A DNA stretch of 64,000 nucleotides from Blastocystis sp. Blastoise (GCA_039096225.1 JBBPEB010000021.1:186001-250000), one strand, 5' to 3'; counted from the first letter of the stretch, positions 40,157-56,483 are shown. The notes: generated by a model not told the origin, from the sequence alone. Numbers and translations are program-made.

Positions 40157-40238
40157 TTTTTGTCATAGTATTTTCGACGAATAATTCCAGTCCCATGTCC
40201 ATGCTGCGATCGCTCGAATAGTCCATCTATATATATAT

Positions 40239-40335
<97 letters not shown>

Positions 40336-40594
40336 ATATACATAAGGATCTCTTTTTTCTCCTATAAAACCGCGGCAATTGGCACTTCCGCAGTAACATA
40401 CATTATCTTCCTATATATATACATTATTATTATAAGAAATATGTAAATATTTATATAATAAGTATAATAATAATAATAAGTATATATACATCAGTATAAC
40501 GTTCAAATTGATAGTCAAAAGTCAATTCCTCCCCGCGGTGAATTGCTCTTCTTGAAAATATACCTATATAATCAAACTTATATATTATTATTAT

Positions 40595-40657
<63 letters not shown>

Positions 40658-40832
40658 TAATAATATATACCTATGCAAACTTCTCCGTTAACATTCCACT
40701 TTTGTGTTTCACAATTAGGGTCACAACTGTGATTTATGTACCTATATAATAGGATCATATATGTATATATATATATATTTACCTAAATAAACCTCCTTTA
40801 TAAGTAGCATCAATCATCTATATATATATATG

Positions 40833-40864
<32 letters not shown>

Positions 40865-42010
40865 CTTCTCCTCCTCCAAGAGCCATTAAATAAACATGTC
40901 TATTCTTACGCTTCTATATATATATATATTATATATATATCAATTATATATATATACTTCAATTCTTTCTTTCATATCTTCAACATTAATTACTTCTCCA
41001 GTATATCTATATAAATAAGAAATAACCACAAGAATATAATAGAAGGCATTTATATATATATAAAATTCAAAATTTTAAGTATAATAATATAATAATAAAC
41101 ATAATAATAATATATATATATATATACTCTCCAATGAATGTATTTTTCGGTATATATTCAGCGGCCAATAGACCCCATCCCTTGTGGGGAAACTCTTTTA
41201 AGTATACACTCTGGTATCTATATATATATATATATAATCATAATAAATATAATATATTTTATGAAACATAAAAACACAAACAATATTATAGCATACAATA
41301 ATAAACGTAATATAATAAACATAATATATATAATATCCTATAATATAATAAACATAATAGATATAATATCCTATAATATAATAAACATAATAGATATACT
41401 TCTTAGTAGAGAACATTCTATTCGTACATCGTTTGCCGTTAGGACAATACAGGGGGTTACACTCCACAAAAATCTCTCGATTTAAACAGTGTTCCCCACA
41501 GGGGATCTTATCCCCACCTTTGGAACACATACATATATCAACCGTTGACTAGAATAATAATAATAATAATAATAATAAAAATAAAAAAATAATAATAATA
41601 ATAAAATAAAAAATAATAATAATAATAAGTATATAAAATATATTTAATTATACATAAAAAAATAAATGATAATACTATATATATATATACAGCTGTATCG
41701 TGTTTCCTTTCTCTATGTATATATATATTATTATCAATTAGTTCAAATTCATTCATCGCTGTATATTTATCTCTTATAATACCATTATTATAACGTTCAC
41801 CATTCTTGAGTTTTGATTGGCTATCTTCGCTAACATCCATAGGTGTAATTGTAATTGTGTCTATTTGTGTGTCTATATCTTTAGGGGATATTGAGGGAAT
41901 TGGAGATGTATTCACGGTTATGCACGTGGAACACTGCAATTTCTTCAATTTAATTGGCTGAGTAACTGAAGCATCATCTGAAGATTTCCTTAATGAATTA
42001 TCATTATTAC

Positions 42011-42075
<65 letters not shown>

Positions 42076-44008
42076 GTTGTTGTAGTAGACTTAATAATAC
42101 CAGTAATAGGAGTAATATTATTATTTATTATAGTATCATTATTAGTAGTAACAACGGTAGTAATGCTATTATTACTATTAATATCTGTATTATTACTATT
42201 AATATCAATAGTTTTATTAATAATAATATTATTATTAGTAGTAATATTATTATTATCAGTTGTAATAACATTATTATTATCAGTTGTAATAACATTATTA
42301 TTATCAGTTGTAATAACATTATTATTATCAGTTGTAATACCATTATTATTATTAGTAGTAATAGCATTATTATTATCAGTAGTAATAAGAGGAGAAGGAG
42401 GAGGAGGAGGAGTACCATTATCGATAGTAAATAAATCTTCTTCCTCCTGATCATTCGACAAGGAAGACAAAGATACAGATATTATATTATTATTATTATC
42501 TTTATGATTCTCTTTATTATCTTTAATATTATCATTATTACCTTTATGATTCTCTTTATTATCTTTAATATTATCATTATTACCTTTATTATCTTTAATA
42601 TTATTATTATTCTCTTTAACATCCTTTTCACAATTGACACCTTCTTCATTTTCTGTTTTCTCATTCCCGTGGTTATTTTCATTATTTGATAGAGAGGGTA
42701 TAGGTGATGTTAATGTACATTTCATTCGATTTCTTATTAATTGTTGACGTATGTAATTAATATCTAACTCATCTTCTTCTCCTAAAAAGCCTTTTATAAA
42801 CTTATATGCATGTGCATGCATATTCCGATTTATGAATGAATCGGGAGATTCTGAAAATGAATATTTTTTTAATGCATTTTCAATCGATTTTTCAGTTGTA
42901 AATAAAGAACACGTTGAATCATTTTTATCCAATAGTATAGATTGAATATTTTCTTGTTTATTTATATCTTTAAGTTTTGATTGAAATTCTGATTTATTCA
43001 TAGAAGAGATAGAATTCTTTTTATTCTTTGGTGTTTTCGATCCTTCTTTCCGATTCGAATTCGAATTCGAATTCGAATTTGATGAGTTTCTAGACTTCAC
43101 AGAAGTCTGTGATTTGTTTTCTTGTTTCTTTGTTTTTGACTTTTGTGATTGTATATTATCATCTAACGATATATCATCATCATCTAACGATATATCACTA
43201 TCATCACTATCATTATCATTCAAAGATGAAAAATCAACATCATCACTGTCATCATCATCTATAACATAACGACTTCTTTTACTCACTTTAGACTTCTTTG
43301 AAGAAGATATAGATCTAGAAGATTTGATGGACTCACGTTCATCTTTTTCTTGTTTTATTACTAACACCGGTTTTTGAGTTTTTGAAGTCGTTGCATTATG
43401 ATTATCAAATGTATTTTTTGTATTACTCTTTTCATTTATTTTATTGTCAGAAACAGTAGACGAATCTTCCTTTTTGACTTTTGATAAATCAGACTTTGTC
43501 TTAACTGATGCTATAATACTTTTTTCATGATCATTAACAGATCTATCTTTACCGCTGTTTCGTCGTTTTAATGGCGACAATGATGAATCTTTACGCTTTA
43601 ATGTTTGTGAAGGCATTATTGATTCGGCTTTACTTGATATATCTTTGGAAGAACGAACAATGGAGATTTTATTATTGTTTTCCTGATTGTTTTGTAATTT
43701 ATTTTGGTTCATCTCACGTTGTCTTATCTTATCAATTTTCTCAGAGGTTTTGGAGAATGAAGAACTAATAAAAACGATAAAAATAAGAGAATTAATCATA
43801 CTTTTCACGATATCCATAAGAATAAGGCATTCTATAAGGAGCAGAAACAAAGTTAAGTCTAGGGAAAGATAGTTCATCCTTTCTATTAAGAGCTGCTTTC
43901 GTTGAACGCTCCGTGATTGTCCGGCACAGAACGAAATCCTATGGAATTATGTAGTTTTGATAATTTACAATTCAATACTGATTGTGACGATATGGAAAAC
44001 TTCTCCAT
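39695..44008 (-). CDS. Histone lysine methyltransferase, AWS-SET-postSET (Set2/ASH1-like, probably H3K36) with long disordered N-terminus, multi-exon
   Basis: AWS ([27 protein letters not shown]), [34 protein letters not shown], post[16 protein letters not shown]. Confidence 0.92.
42240..42610 (-). repeat. Coding tandem repeats in the SET gene (24-bp TTDNNNVI units; [14 protein letters not shown] units)
   Basis: Visible in both the DNA and the translation of ORF 41538-43877. Confidence 0.8.
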
Positions 44009-44246
44009 ACTCTAGAAAACAAAGAAATGAATTAAAAAAGGAAAATCATTTTTTAATAGGTATAAAGTTGTTATTCTCGTGATTATTTCAATTCAAAAAT
44101 TTTTTCATTTTCAGTTTTTAACAATAAAATTTCGGGAAAATTTTGGAGGAAAAAATAAAAGAGTTTCTGAAATAGTATTCAGCTAGAATAATTAATCTGT
44201 TTTATCGACTTTAGCATCTATATTTGATATACTCTTATTGCTATAG

Positions 44247-46673
44247 ATGAGTAGTACAAACGAACGGTATGATCGACAAATTCGTTTGTGGGGATTACAT
44301 GGACAAGTATGTTTTTTTTTGATATATTTTAACTAAGTACTCTAGCTATTAATTGAGAAAACTTGCGTTTGTGTCGTTGGATCTGATTCTGTTGCTTCAG
44401 AAATCATAAAAAACTTGGTTCTAGTTGGAATTCGTAAGTTTTTTCATGATTTTAAGATTATTTATATTAGATTCGATATATATAATTGATGACTTACTTG
44501 TGACACAAAAAGACATAGAAAATAACTTTTTTATTTCAGCTGATTCGATTGGAAAAGAACGTGCAACAGTAAATGATGATTTATTCATATGCATATTCAA
44601 ACTACTAATTTAGATTATTGCAGAAAATCTTCAAAAATTAAATTCAAATTCACATATTACAGTGATTAAACAAAATATCCATGAATTTCTTACTCATTAT
44701 TCAAAATCGAATTCTTCATATGATTTTGTATATATAGTTTGTTTATTTAATGCTATATATATATAGATAGTTATAAATAAATTATTTCCTTCTTCTTCTG
44801 ATTCTAATATTCTTGATTCATTTGAAAAAGATAATTATATATATACATATTCAATAGGATTATGGGGAAGTATTAGTTGCCATATATTAGGTATATATAT
44901 GTATTTTTCTCTTTATTTATTTATTTAAATTATTAATATTATGGTTTTTTAAAGTAAATTTATTAGTTTTCTTCACAATATTTTATTGTATATATATTTT
45001 TAATTATTTTTTACTATATTTTTAATTATATATATGTAGATTATATAATATTAAAGAAGCAAGATGAGAATGACTTACTTAAAGAGTTTAATATATATAA
45101 CTTTATTCAATATCCTTTCTCAAAATGGATTGAGTCAATAAATACATATAGATATGATAATATCAAATTAAATGAAACAAAAACAATTCCATATCTATAT
45201 ATATTAAATCATATATATAAAAAACATATTATATATAAAAAAATAATACATATATCAAATAATATTTTTTTTCTCTATATATACAATTATCATTATATGA
45301 ATTAATTTTGGTTTTATAAATTTTTAAATTCATTCTATATATAGATATATAATGAAATAATGAAAGATACAAATGGTCAATTTACTTCTATAACATCAGA
45401 AACAAGGTTATTTATTGAAGAAAAACTGAAAGAAATGAATATTAAGACAGAATCAGCATTATATTCAGAAATCATGGAACACATAAATTATTTGAATTCC
45501 CCACGATTATCGGACCTATTCATACTTTTTAACAATCCTAAATGTGCCATATCAAAAGAGTCCTCTTACTCTGAAGAAAACGCTCTTTGGATGGTTATTG
45601 TTGCACTCAAACGATTTTATACAATTTTTAGTATATATATAATTTAATTTTTTTTATTTAATATAATAATATATAATAATATATAATATAATATATAATA
45701 ATATATAATATATGTATATTATATACTATACTATATACAGAGAGGCTTCCTTATTCTCCTTCTCTTCCCTTGATGACTATATCTCCATCTCTATATACTG
45801 AACTACTACTACTAGTGCAAGAACAAGTATATAATAATAAGAATAATTTATTATTAGTATTAGTATTCTTTTAACTCTATTTATCTACAGAATAAAGTAG
45901 ACTTAACGTTTTTACTCTTCTCTTTTTAATTACAAGAATTTTTTTTGATTATATATTTATATATAGTCATCTAAAGATAAACAATTCATCATGAATTACT
46001 TAATAACAATATTCCCCAAAATATATGATTTTATTGATGATACCTTATTAGACATGATTTTATTTCATCCTTATTTATTGTGTTTTTATACAAACCAATC
46101 AGAAGAAGATAATGAATATTATACAACGGATTCTGAACTCACAGATGATAACAATACTGAACAATTCATTTCGCCAGTAAGAATTTATTGTTTACTTAAA
46201 GCTTATTCTATATTTGAATCCACCTATCATTATCTGTTTTGTATATATATAATAATTATCACATAGTATAACAAAATCTTTTTCCTGTTAATACTACTTT
46301 ATTATGATAATTACAATTATAATTATAATAATTATTATTATAATTATTATAATAAATATAATAATAAACATAATAATAATAACACTATTATTCTATAGCT
46401 TATCAATCTACAAAGGACGATGAAAATAAGTTTATTGAACTGTATAAAGAACAACTGCATGATTTTTCTCTTCTATATACAGAAACAGATATAAAGATAA
46501 TCAATGAAATAAAGAGATATTCAAACACAGAATTAAATATGACATCTTCTATCCTTGGAGGGATTATCTCCGAAGAAATTATTAAGGTTATTTCGAAGAC
46601 ATATATTCCAGTAAAAGGCACAGTTGTCTGGAATGGACTTCAGAGTAAAATAGAAACTATTCACACACCCTAA
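44247..46673 (+). CDS. NAE1: NEDD8-activating enzyme E1 regulatory subunit (APPBP1/Ula1), divergent, multi-exon
   Basis: RYDRQIRLWGLHGQ, ASEIIKNLVLVGI, DIENNFF, SIGKERA, C-terminal EIKRYSNTELNMTSSILGGIISEEIIKVISKTYIPV. Confidence 0.9.
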
Positions 46674-47095
46674 ACGTTGTCATAAAAATGAATTCACGAG
46701 AAAAAATGTTCGTTTTCGTTCTTTTGTTACACAAATCTTATGTAAGTCTTATACAACAAATCTGCAAAGTGTTTTAGAATAGTTATTTACACTAATAATC
46801 TCATTTTTCAACAAAAAAACACTGATTGATAATTTTTAGCATTTGAAATGATGAAAGTAAAATAAGGGCATGGAGTACATAAGAAAATATTTGGAAACGA
46901 TAAAAAACAAATCGTAATAACAACCAATGAAGAAAATAATCCATTTCTTTAAGAAATAAAAAAAATTATCAAAATTGTCTAAATGAATATGAAATCCCCA
47001 TGGGAATTTCAAAAACCATTTTTTAGAAAAAAATTAAAACAATTATCATTCTATTTTATATTTCTAATTCATTCTTTTTATTAGTAAAAGTCAAA

Positions 47096-48656
47096 ATGAG
47101 TTATATGATGGTAAATTCATTCTTCATGTGATGACAATATAGTTCCATATATATAGCAACCTCAAATTATTTTATTAAAAGATGGTACTGATACAAGTCA
47201 AGGTCGTGGCCAACTTATTAGTAATATAAATGCTTGCCAAGCTGTAGCTGATGCTATTCGTACTACATTAGGACCTAGAGGTTTAGATAAGTTAGTTCAT
47301 GATGGTAAAACTGCCACTATTTCTAACGATGGTGCTCAAATTATGAAGTTATTAGATATTGTTCATCCTGCTGCTAAGACTCTTGTTGATATAGCTAAGT
47401 CTCAAGATGATGAAGTAGGTGATGGTACTACAACTGTTGTTTTACTTGCTGGTGAGTTATTAAAGAGTGCTAAAGAATTTGTTAATGATGGAATGCAATC
47501 TCAAATCATTATAAAAGGTTATAGAAGAGCTTTAAATAAGTCAATTGAAGTTTTAAAGTCAGTTGCGATTCATATTGGTGATGATGAAAAATTACGTCGT
47601 AATATGTTAGAAAAAGTTGCAGGAACTGCTTTAAATAGTAAATTAATTCGTTCTCATAAAGATTTCTTTTCTCCAATGATTGTTGATTCTGTATTATCTT
47701 TAAAGAATGATTTAGATTTAAATTTAATTGGTATAAAGAAGGTTAGTGGTGGCTCTATTACAGATAGTCAATTAATTAATGGTGTTGCGTTTGAAAAGAC
47801 ATTTTCATATGCTGGTTTTGAACAACAACCTAAAGCATTTACAAATCCTTCTATTTTATTATTAAATGTAGAATTAGAATTAAAGAGTGAAAAAGAAAAT
47901 GCTGAAGTATATTTTATTATTATTATTATTATTTTTTTATTATTTTATTGTTATTTCTTATTACAGAATATTTATCATAATAATAATAATAATAATAATA
48001 TATATATTAATATTGTTATTAATCATAATCATAATCATAATCATATATTTATCTTCTATCCTATATATATATATGTATATATATGTATATATATAGATTC
48101 GTATAGACCCTAGTCAATATCAGAGTATAGTAGATGCAGAATGGACTATTATTTATAATAAATTAGAAGCATGTGTTAAGACAGGTGCTTCTATTGTACT
48201 TTCTCGCCTTCCTATTGGTGATTTAGCTACACAATATTTTGCAGATCGTAATATATTCTGTGCTGGTCGTTTAAGTGATGCTGATATAAAACGTGTTGAA
48301 AAAGCTACTGGTGCTAAGATTCAAAGTACGGTTTATAATTTAGATAAAGATATTCTTGGTTTTTGTGGTAAATTTGAAGAAATTCAAGTCGGTAGTAAAC
48401 GTTATGAAACGTTTACCAATTGTCAACATGCTGAAACGGCTACTTTTATTCTTCGTGGAGGTGCAGAACAATTCTTAGCTGAAGCTGAACGATCTATTCA
48501 CGGTATATATTATTATTATTATGGTTATTATTATATTTTATATGTTTATTTTGTTTATTATTATATTTTATATGTTTATTTTGTTTTTTATGCTTATTGT
48601 TCTTGTTCTTCTTGTTCTTCTTATTATTATTATGTTTATTATTATTATTCTTCTCC

Positions 48657-48689
<33 letters not shown>

Positions 48690-49169
48690 TTAATATGTTT
48701 ATTATTCTTATTATATAATAGATTCCTTAATGGTTACTAAGAGATGTATAAATAATAATGATATCGTTGGAGGAGGTGGCGCCATTGAAATGGCGGTATC
48801 TACAGCTCTTAAACAGTATATATATATTATATATATTCATTATTATTATATTTATTATTATTATATTTATAATACTAATATTATATATATTTCTATAGAT
48901 ATTCATTATCTATAACAGGTAAGTTACAAACAGTTGTACAAGCATTTGCTACTTCTCTTGAAGTCATTCCCCGCCAATTATCTGAAAACGCTGGTTTTAA
49001 TGGAATTGAAATTATGAATTTATTAAGAAATAAACATGCTCAAGAAGTATATTATTATTATTATAGTATTGTTATTATGTATAATATATATTATTATGTA
49101 TAGTATTATGTATATTATTATTATAGTTATTATTATATATTATTATCATTCTTCTTCTTCTTCTTCTTC

Positions 49170-49210
<41 letters not shown>

Positions 49211-49645
49211 ATTATTATTATAAATATAATAAACTTAATAATAATAATAATAATATATATATAGGATGGATGTTGGTATGGTGTGGATATAGATAACGAG
49301 GGTATTTGTGATGAAATAGAAAAAGGAGTTTGGGAACCATTATTAAGTAAATTAAATAGTTATAGTTCTGCTTGTGAAGCTGCTTGTACTATTTTAGCCG
49401 TTGATGAAACTATTACAAATCCTAAATCAGAACAGGTATATATATATATTGTTATTATTATTATTATATATAATATATTCATTCTTCTATACTACTACCT
49501 TCTCTATATATAGGCTCAAATGGAGCAAAGAGGTCAATTACCTATGGGTAATATGGGAATGGGTGGTCCTGCAGGAGGTGCTAGTCTTAAAGGTATGGCT
49601 CAAGCTATGGGAGGGAAAGTATTAAAAGGAAGAGGTGGTAAGTAA
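47096..49645 (+). CDS. CCT7: T-complex protein 1 subunit eta, multi-exon
   Basis: [62 protein letters not shown]. Confidence 0.98.
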
Positions 49646-49936
49646 AATTAATTTTTATTCTATTTACTCATCTTTTTTTTTTTTAATTTAATATTTTATA
49701 GTCTTTCCATCTTTTTTGTTTAATTTATATTTATAATAATACAATATATATACATATAACTTCTCTTGGGTTGATTTATTTATTTTCTAGTTTAAACGTT
49801 GTTTTGTTATATATAATAAAAAATTCTTAAAAATAATTTAAAAACAACAAAAAAAAATATGTACTGAAATCAAGACATTATTCACATAAATTATCATATA
49901 TAATGAAAGAAAGAGTTAGATATAAAAAAAAATGTT

Positions 49937-50302
49937 TTACTTGGCATCCTTAAACATGAAAATACTCCAAATAAGAATATATAAATATTCAAGAATGTAG
50001 CATAAACCAGCAATATTAACAAATCCAGTAAGAACACCAAAGAGAATACTTAAAATTAATTGATAAAGGAACATCCACATAATATCTCTTTCAAAACCGG
50101 ACATACACCAACCAATAAGAGTACCAAGGGCTATATATAAATATAATCATAATATATATATATATATATATAACAAAGGAATCAATAAGATAACATCATA
50201 TTTTAAATGTGTTAAAATCTATATACAAGGACAGAAAATGTTAACAATAAGAATGACAAGAGCAGTGCATCTGCCAACTTGAGGAACGTGCCAAAAAGCC
50301 AT
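49937..50302 (-). CDS. Small membrane protein (~89 aa), SPEC3/Stum-like, two exons; absent from the ORF track
   Basis: Spliced MAFWHVPQVGRCTALVILIVNIFCPSLGTLIGWCM...LYQLIL...LIWSIFMFKDAK*; NI-x-x-P-x-LGT and IWSI motifs. Confidence 0.75.
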
Positions 50303-51266
50303 TTTAGTGAATTGATAGCAAATAAAAAATATTAATAAAAATTTGACACTTTTAAAAAGAAATGGAGACATTTTTTTGTACAGAGCATTTTTTAGTTGAA
50401 TTAGAGGGAATAATCAGATTGATGACCGTAATGAATGTAAATTGTAGTAATATTGTATAATATCTTCGATAATATTTAGGGCCATACCCGTATTTATTTA
50501 GCCAATTAAATCAATACTGTCTTAAACAACAAAAACCTCCTTTCATGATTCTGACTCTTTCATTCGTTTCAAGTTTCATAAAGTTTCTTAATCTACGGTA
50601 ATTTTTGATTACACACTGGCATTATCGATTTTCTCATGGTTTTCTATTTTTCTAATGTAGCGACTCTATGAATTTATTGGTTAAGTCAATTGTTTTTTCC
50701 AAATATATTTTATTTATTATTTTCTAAAAGATGATATAAGATATAGAAAATTATTGCACCATTTCTTTGTGCTTAAGGCATTCTATAAATATTTCAGTCA
50801 TTTTGGGAATGTATAGTTTAATGAATTCAAGTTTGTGAGTATCAATTCGTTTATATTAGCTATTTATTTTCATTGGATGATTTAGTACTGAATTAAGGAT
50901 TCTTAATGACTAGTGCAAGTGAGATGAAAATGAAAGTAGAACTGTAAACTATATGAAACTGAAAAGAAAACGTATACCTTTTTTTAAGGATATTTTATAA
51001 GTGATTCATATCAATTAATATACTTTGTTTCTATTAGTCTTTAGAGTATGGAGAAACTTTAAATGAAACAAATTATTGAATAACAAAACAAATTTGAAGA
51101 TAAAATGTAAAACTATTATTTCAATAAAAAACGATACTAAACAGATTGCATGAGATAGAAAAGATATGTTGGAAATATATACATATAGAGTTATAAAAAT
51201 GGATAAAACTAATAATTATTTATAGAGAAATTGTATATAAACATTATATAATATAAATAATAGTAT

Positions 51267-51934
51267 TTATAAAAGTTGACCTTCTTTATACATGATAGCA
51301 ATATCTCCCTATATAATAATTATTATAAGATAATAAATATAATAAATATAATAAATATAATAATAATAATATACATGATATTTTTCAGTGGTTAAATTAC
51401 GTTTAAGTTTCATTGAAGGAGTTAAAAAGTTATTTTCAACAGACCAGGGTTCACTTTCAATATACACATTACGAATTCTCTCAAAACCAAATAACTATAT
51501 ATATTATTATTATTATTATTATATTATTATATTATATTATTATAAATACGAATAATTAATATATAAACATAATAAACTATAAATAAATCTATATATATAC
51601 TCCATTTTCTACAGCAGTCTTATTGACGTATTCTAGAATAAATTTTCTAATTTCTGGTTTTTTACATAATTCTTCATAATCATCAAATTCTTTTTCTTCT
51701 TTAACTAAATCATTATTGATTAATAATGAACATAATTGTTGTTTATTTGGTACAATCACACCTACAATATAAGATTGATAACTATCACCATAGATAAATA
51801 TTTGTTCAATTAAACTATTTAATAAATAAATCTATATAGAGAAATATTTATTAAATTTATTATGGATAGATACTATGTTATTTTTCATTTGTTTATATAG
51901 ATAAATAATAATATAAATTATATATATAGTTATT

Positions 51935-51974
<40 letters not shown>

Positions 51975-52045
51975 TTTCAACTTTTTCAACACTGATATAT
52001 TCACCTTGAGATAATTTAAAAATATTCTTAATTCTATCAATAATC

Positions 52046-52141
<96 letters not shown>

Positions 52142-52155
52142 TAATAATAATAATA

Positions 52156-52241
<86 letters not shown>

Positions 52242-52796
52242 TATATACTTGAACTGCTCCATTGTCTTCTCTAACATAAGCAATATCCCCAGTATGAAAC
52301 CATCCTAAACTATCGAATACTTGTTTATTCAAAGCATCCTCCTTATAATATCCTTGGAAAACAGAAGCACCGTGCATGCAAACTTCTCCTCTTCCTTTTA
52401 TAGCTATAGTAGTAGCATTGCCATCCTTATTAACTGTATGCTCTTTATCTAAATAACTATATCCTTTCTCAGGTACATTAAATAACTATATACAGGATAT
52501 TATATTATTTATATGTGTTATCTATTATTATTAATAATAATAATAATAATAATAATATATATATATATATACTCTGATTTCTAGACTATCGACAGGTGCA
52601 CCGCAGTGACCTACTGTCATGAAATCATAAGGACATGTACAAATACCACCTATATATATATATTAATAATAATAAGTATAATATAAATATTATAAACATA
52701 AATTTAATAAATTTAATAAATAACTAAATAAATATATATATATATACCTCCACAGCATTCAGTCATACCATATCCATTCATCATAGGAGCACTATA

Positions 52797-52828
<32 letters not shown>

Positions 52829-53238
52829 AATATAATCAACATATATATATACCTAAAGATGATTTTAAAGAATTCGCTAATATCATCAGCTAAAGGTGCA
52901 GAACCATTTAAAAACCATCGAATTCGATCGAATCCTACCTTAGCAGCAATAGATTTAAATATTAAACGATCAAATAAACTATGAGTTACTTGGTTATATA
53001 ATAAATTATTCTTCTATATATTATTATTAATAAATATAATAATAATAATAATAAACAAAATAATAATATATAACATACCTTGGCATTATAAGCAGTTCTG
53101 AACAGCCACTTCTTGAGACCTGATTGTTTCTCTACATTACTATTTAATATATTATAAATACGATTCAATAATCGCGGGACTGAACAGAAAACAGTAGGAC
53201 GAAGAGCACGTAAATCATCAACAATCTTCTTGATATCT

Positions 53239-53291
<53 letters not shown>

Positions 53292-53678
53292 AAAAAGAAT
53301 AAAAGAATTAAAACATTAATAATAAATATAGAATATATACTTGATAATAACCAATTTTAGATCCGTTAGTAAAAGCATTTGCTTCGATAAAACGTTCAAA
53401 AACGTGAGCTAACGGTAAATAAGCTAAATAAACATCGTTCTCCGTAAAACGACAAGTCCATAATTGATTGATAGATATATTTAAGGATAACATATTTCCA
53501 TGAGTTAAAATAACTCCCTATATAATAATAATAATAATAAACTATATATATATAATAATAATATATATATATATATACCTTAGGACAAGCAGTAGTACCT
53601 GAAGTAAAGCAAACAGTACATATATCATCATATTGAGTATTATTAGGAGGAATAATAGACTTTTTACCCTATATATTT

Positions 53679-53717
<39 letters not shown>

Positions 53718-53822
53718 TATATACATCTTCAATAAGTGTATGGAAATCATACATATTTAATTGAAGAGCACGTGCTTCTTCTTTAAGTTCATCACTAATT
53801 GGTTCATACTATATATATATAT

Positions 53823-53855
<33 letters not shown>

Positions 53856-54818
53856 CTTATATACACTAATAATATGTTTAATCTTAAGTTTTGCTTCTTG
53901 TTTCATCATACCTATAATATTCTTTAATTCATTTTCACCTGCAACAAATACAGTCTCCATGTTAGTTATATTAAATATATAACTAGAAAGAAATATAATA
54001 ATAATAAACATAATAATAATAAACATAATAAACATAATAAACATAATAATAATAATAAATACGCAGATGATTCAGGTCCTAAGGAATCATATAAAGTAAC
54101 AACAGCGGAATTAGTATAATAACAAGCATATTCAGAAATAATCCATTCATAACGAGAACGTGAATATATACCAACTAAACGACACTATATAAAATATACA
54201 TTATTTATACATATATTTTTAAAATAAAAACATTATTAAAACAAATAATATGAATAACATATACATGTTCTCCATCAGAACAATGTAAATTAGAATCATC
54301 ATTTTCACTTATAAGATTCAATTTTTTCATTGAACTACCAAGTCCTGCAATCATATCACGAACTTCTTGATAACTATAATAATATCATATAAATATATAT
54401 ATCCATAAAATAAAATAATAATAAACAAAAATATATTAATAAAAACAAAAAACAAATTAATATTTACGTGTAAAAAGTAAAATCTTGAGCAACACCATCT
54501 TTCATTGGTCTATAACCAAGACATTCACGTTCTAAAAACTTCTCAGTTGTCTTTCTATATTATATTACATGAATATTACTTTAAATATTATTTTAATTAA
54601 AATGAAATACAAAAATTGATCATAAAGACTGGTAAAACCATATTCTTTAGCATCTTCTAAGTTCTCAGCAGGAACATTACTTCTATAAATTGGTCCCTAA
54701 TAACAAAAATTAACATAAAAGAACAGAATACAAAAAAATATACAAGACCAATTTCAGGTGATTCACTACCTTCAAGACATTTTGTATAATATACTGGAAT
54801 CTCCCCTTTTTTACCCAT
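51267..54818 (-). CDS. ACSL: Long-chain fatty acyl-CoA synthetase, multi-exon
   Basis: [75 protein letters not shown]. Confidence 0.96.
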
Positions 54819-55179
54819 TATTAAGTACCCTTAAATAAAATTGTGTTTATAAAAATATAAATAAACAATTGAAAAAACAATCAGTTGAAAAGTCATTTCT
54901 TATTGTGATTTCATTTGCTAAAAGAAATGAACCATAGAAGATCTCCTTTATTCATAGGGGATTTATTGTTATTCAGTATGGCAAATAAAATGTTTTCAAT
55001 TCTGAATTAAAAAGTAGACATTTTTTAACCTTGAATATCTTTAAAAACTGAACTAAAATTTCATTATCCACATAGAAATTATTCTTAAAAATATCGATGC
55101 TTTTTCACCCATGATTCCCTATCTAGAACGATATAATGCAATTTTTAAACTGTTTTTTGAATTACATAAGAGCTCGATG

Positions 55180-55218
55180 AATGATGACGTCATGTATATT
55201 TTGAATGACGTCATCATT
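55180..55218. promoter_or_regulatory. Pair of ATGACGTCAT (CRE/ATF-type bZIP) palindromes forming an inverted repeat
   Basis: AATGATGACGTCAT...ATGACGTCATCATT, cores 21 bp apart, ~370 bp upstream of the ACSL start. Confidence 0.5.
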
Positions 55219-56483
55219 TTGATTCTATTTCTTCTATAGAATAAAATTATTTTTTGAGTGATTATTTTTCAATAAACACGATTATTTTTAGAATTTTAAA
55301 ACTTTATTATAAACTTAGTTTTATTGTTTAAGCTTGTTTTACCAGTGGAGAATGATAGATATTCACGCAGAGACTTCTAAAAACAGAAATAGAACATTTG
55401 ATGAACAGAATATTTAAAGACTGTTTTTTCAATTTTGCTTAAAACTAAGTTTCTATTCTAATTTATTCTTGATAAAAGCATTTACCAATCGCGCATCATA
55501 TCAATTGAAACAAAAAAAATGATTTTTTATTGTCAATTATCGATGAATAGCTTCATTATTATCTACAAACCCTATTTTAGAACTCAGCTATATCTGAAGA
55601 ATAGGATATAAATAAATGTTACACAGAAATCAGGTGATTTGCAAATTGAAACGTTCAATAATACGTTAATATTGTATTTATACATTTTATTTTAAATATA
55701 AATAAACTTTTCAACATAGGTATAGAATAAGCATACCATTAAAAACAATAATTACAAAAGAAATTTCAATTATAGTCAACAAAAGAATTATAAAAGATTA
55801 GTAGCATAAATGAATTTTATTTGTTTCCTTTAACACTTTAAATTCGTTCCAATAGTTGCATTTACAAAAAAGTAAATTTTTCAAATAAGTTATAATTGCT
55901 TATTCACTAACTTAAAAGTGTTTTTAGTATCTTATCAACTTGTTCCTTTATAAAATATATCAAAAATATCGTTTCACAAGTAAATCAAAATCTTTCTTGT
56001 TGGCAAGAAGATTAGAAAAGAAAGAGTATGAAATAATCTAACAGTTAAATATATGTGAACTAGAATATGTCTAGTTCACCGATTTAGGCAAGGAAAAAGA
56101 ATAATAAAATGAAGCACCATGAAAAAGGGAATTGGTAAGAAATAAATGACACACAAATGAATATCCAATAGGTATCGCTACTTATCAGATTAAACCAATA
56201 ATTATTCTTTTTCAAGATTCCATTTTTTTTACCTCCACTGGCTTTTTTGGGCTCGAAATGACTGGCAATAAATATGAAATCTTACAAGGTACCATAAAAT
56301 CGAGATTGACCGTTTATTATCATTGAGAATAGTAAAAATTAAAAATATTTCTGGAAATATTAAGGATATATATAAGAAGTCGACCGTATTGAACATTGTT
56401 TGTTAATAATCAAGTGTCATATTTCTTTTTTTTTGTGTATCACTGACTTTCCTCTTACTCCAAGCGATCGTACTCACTACTTT

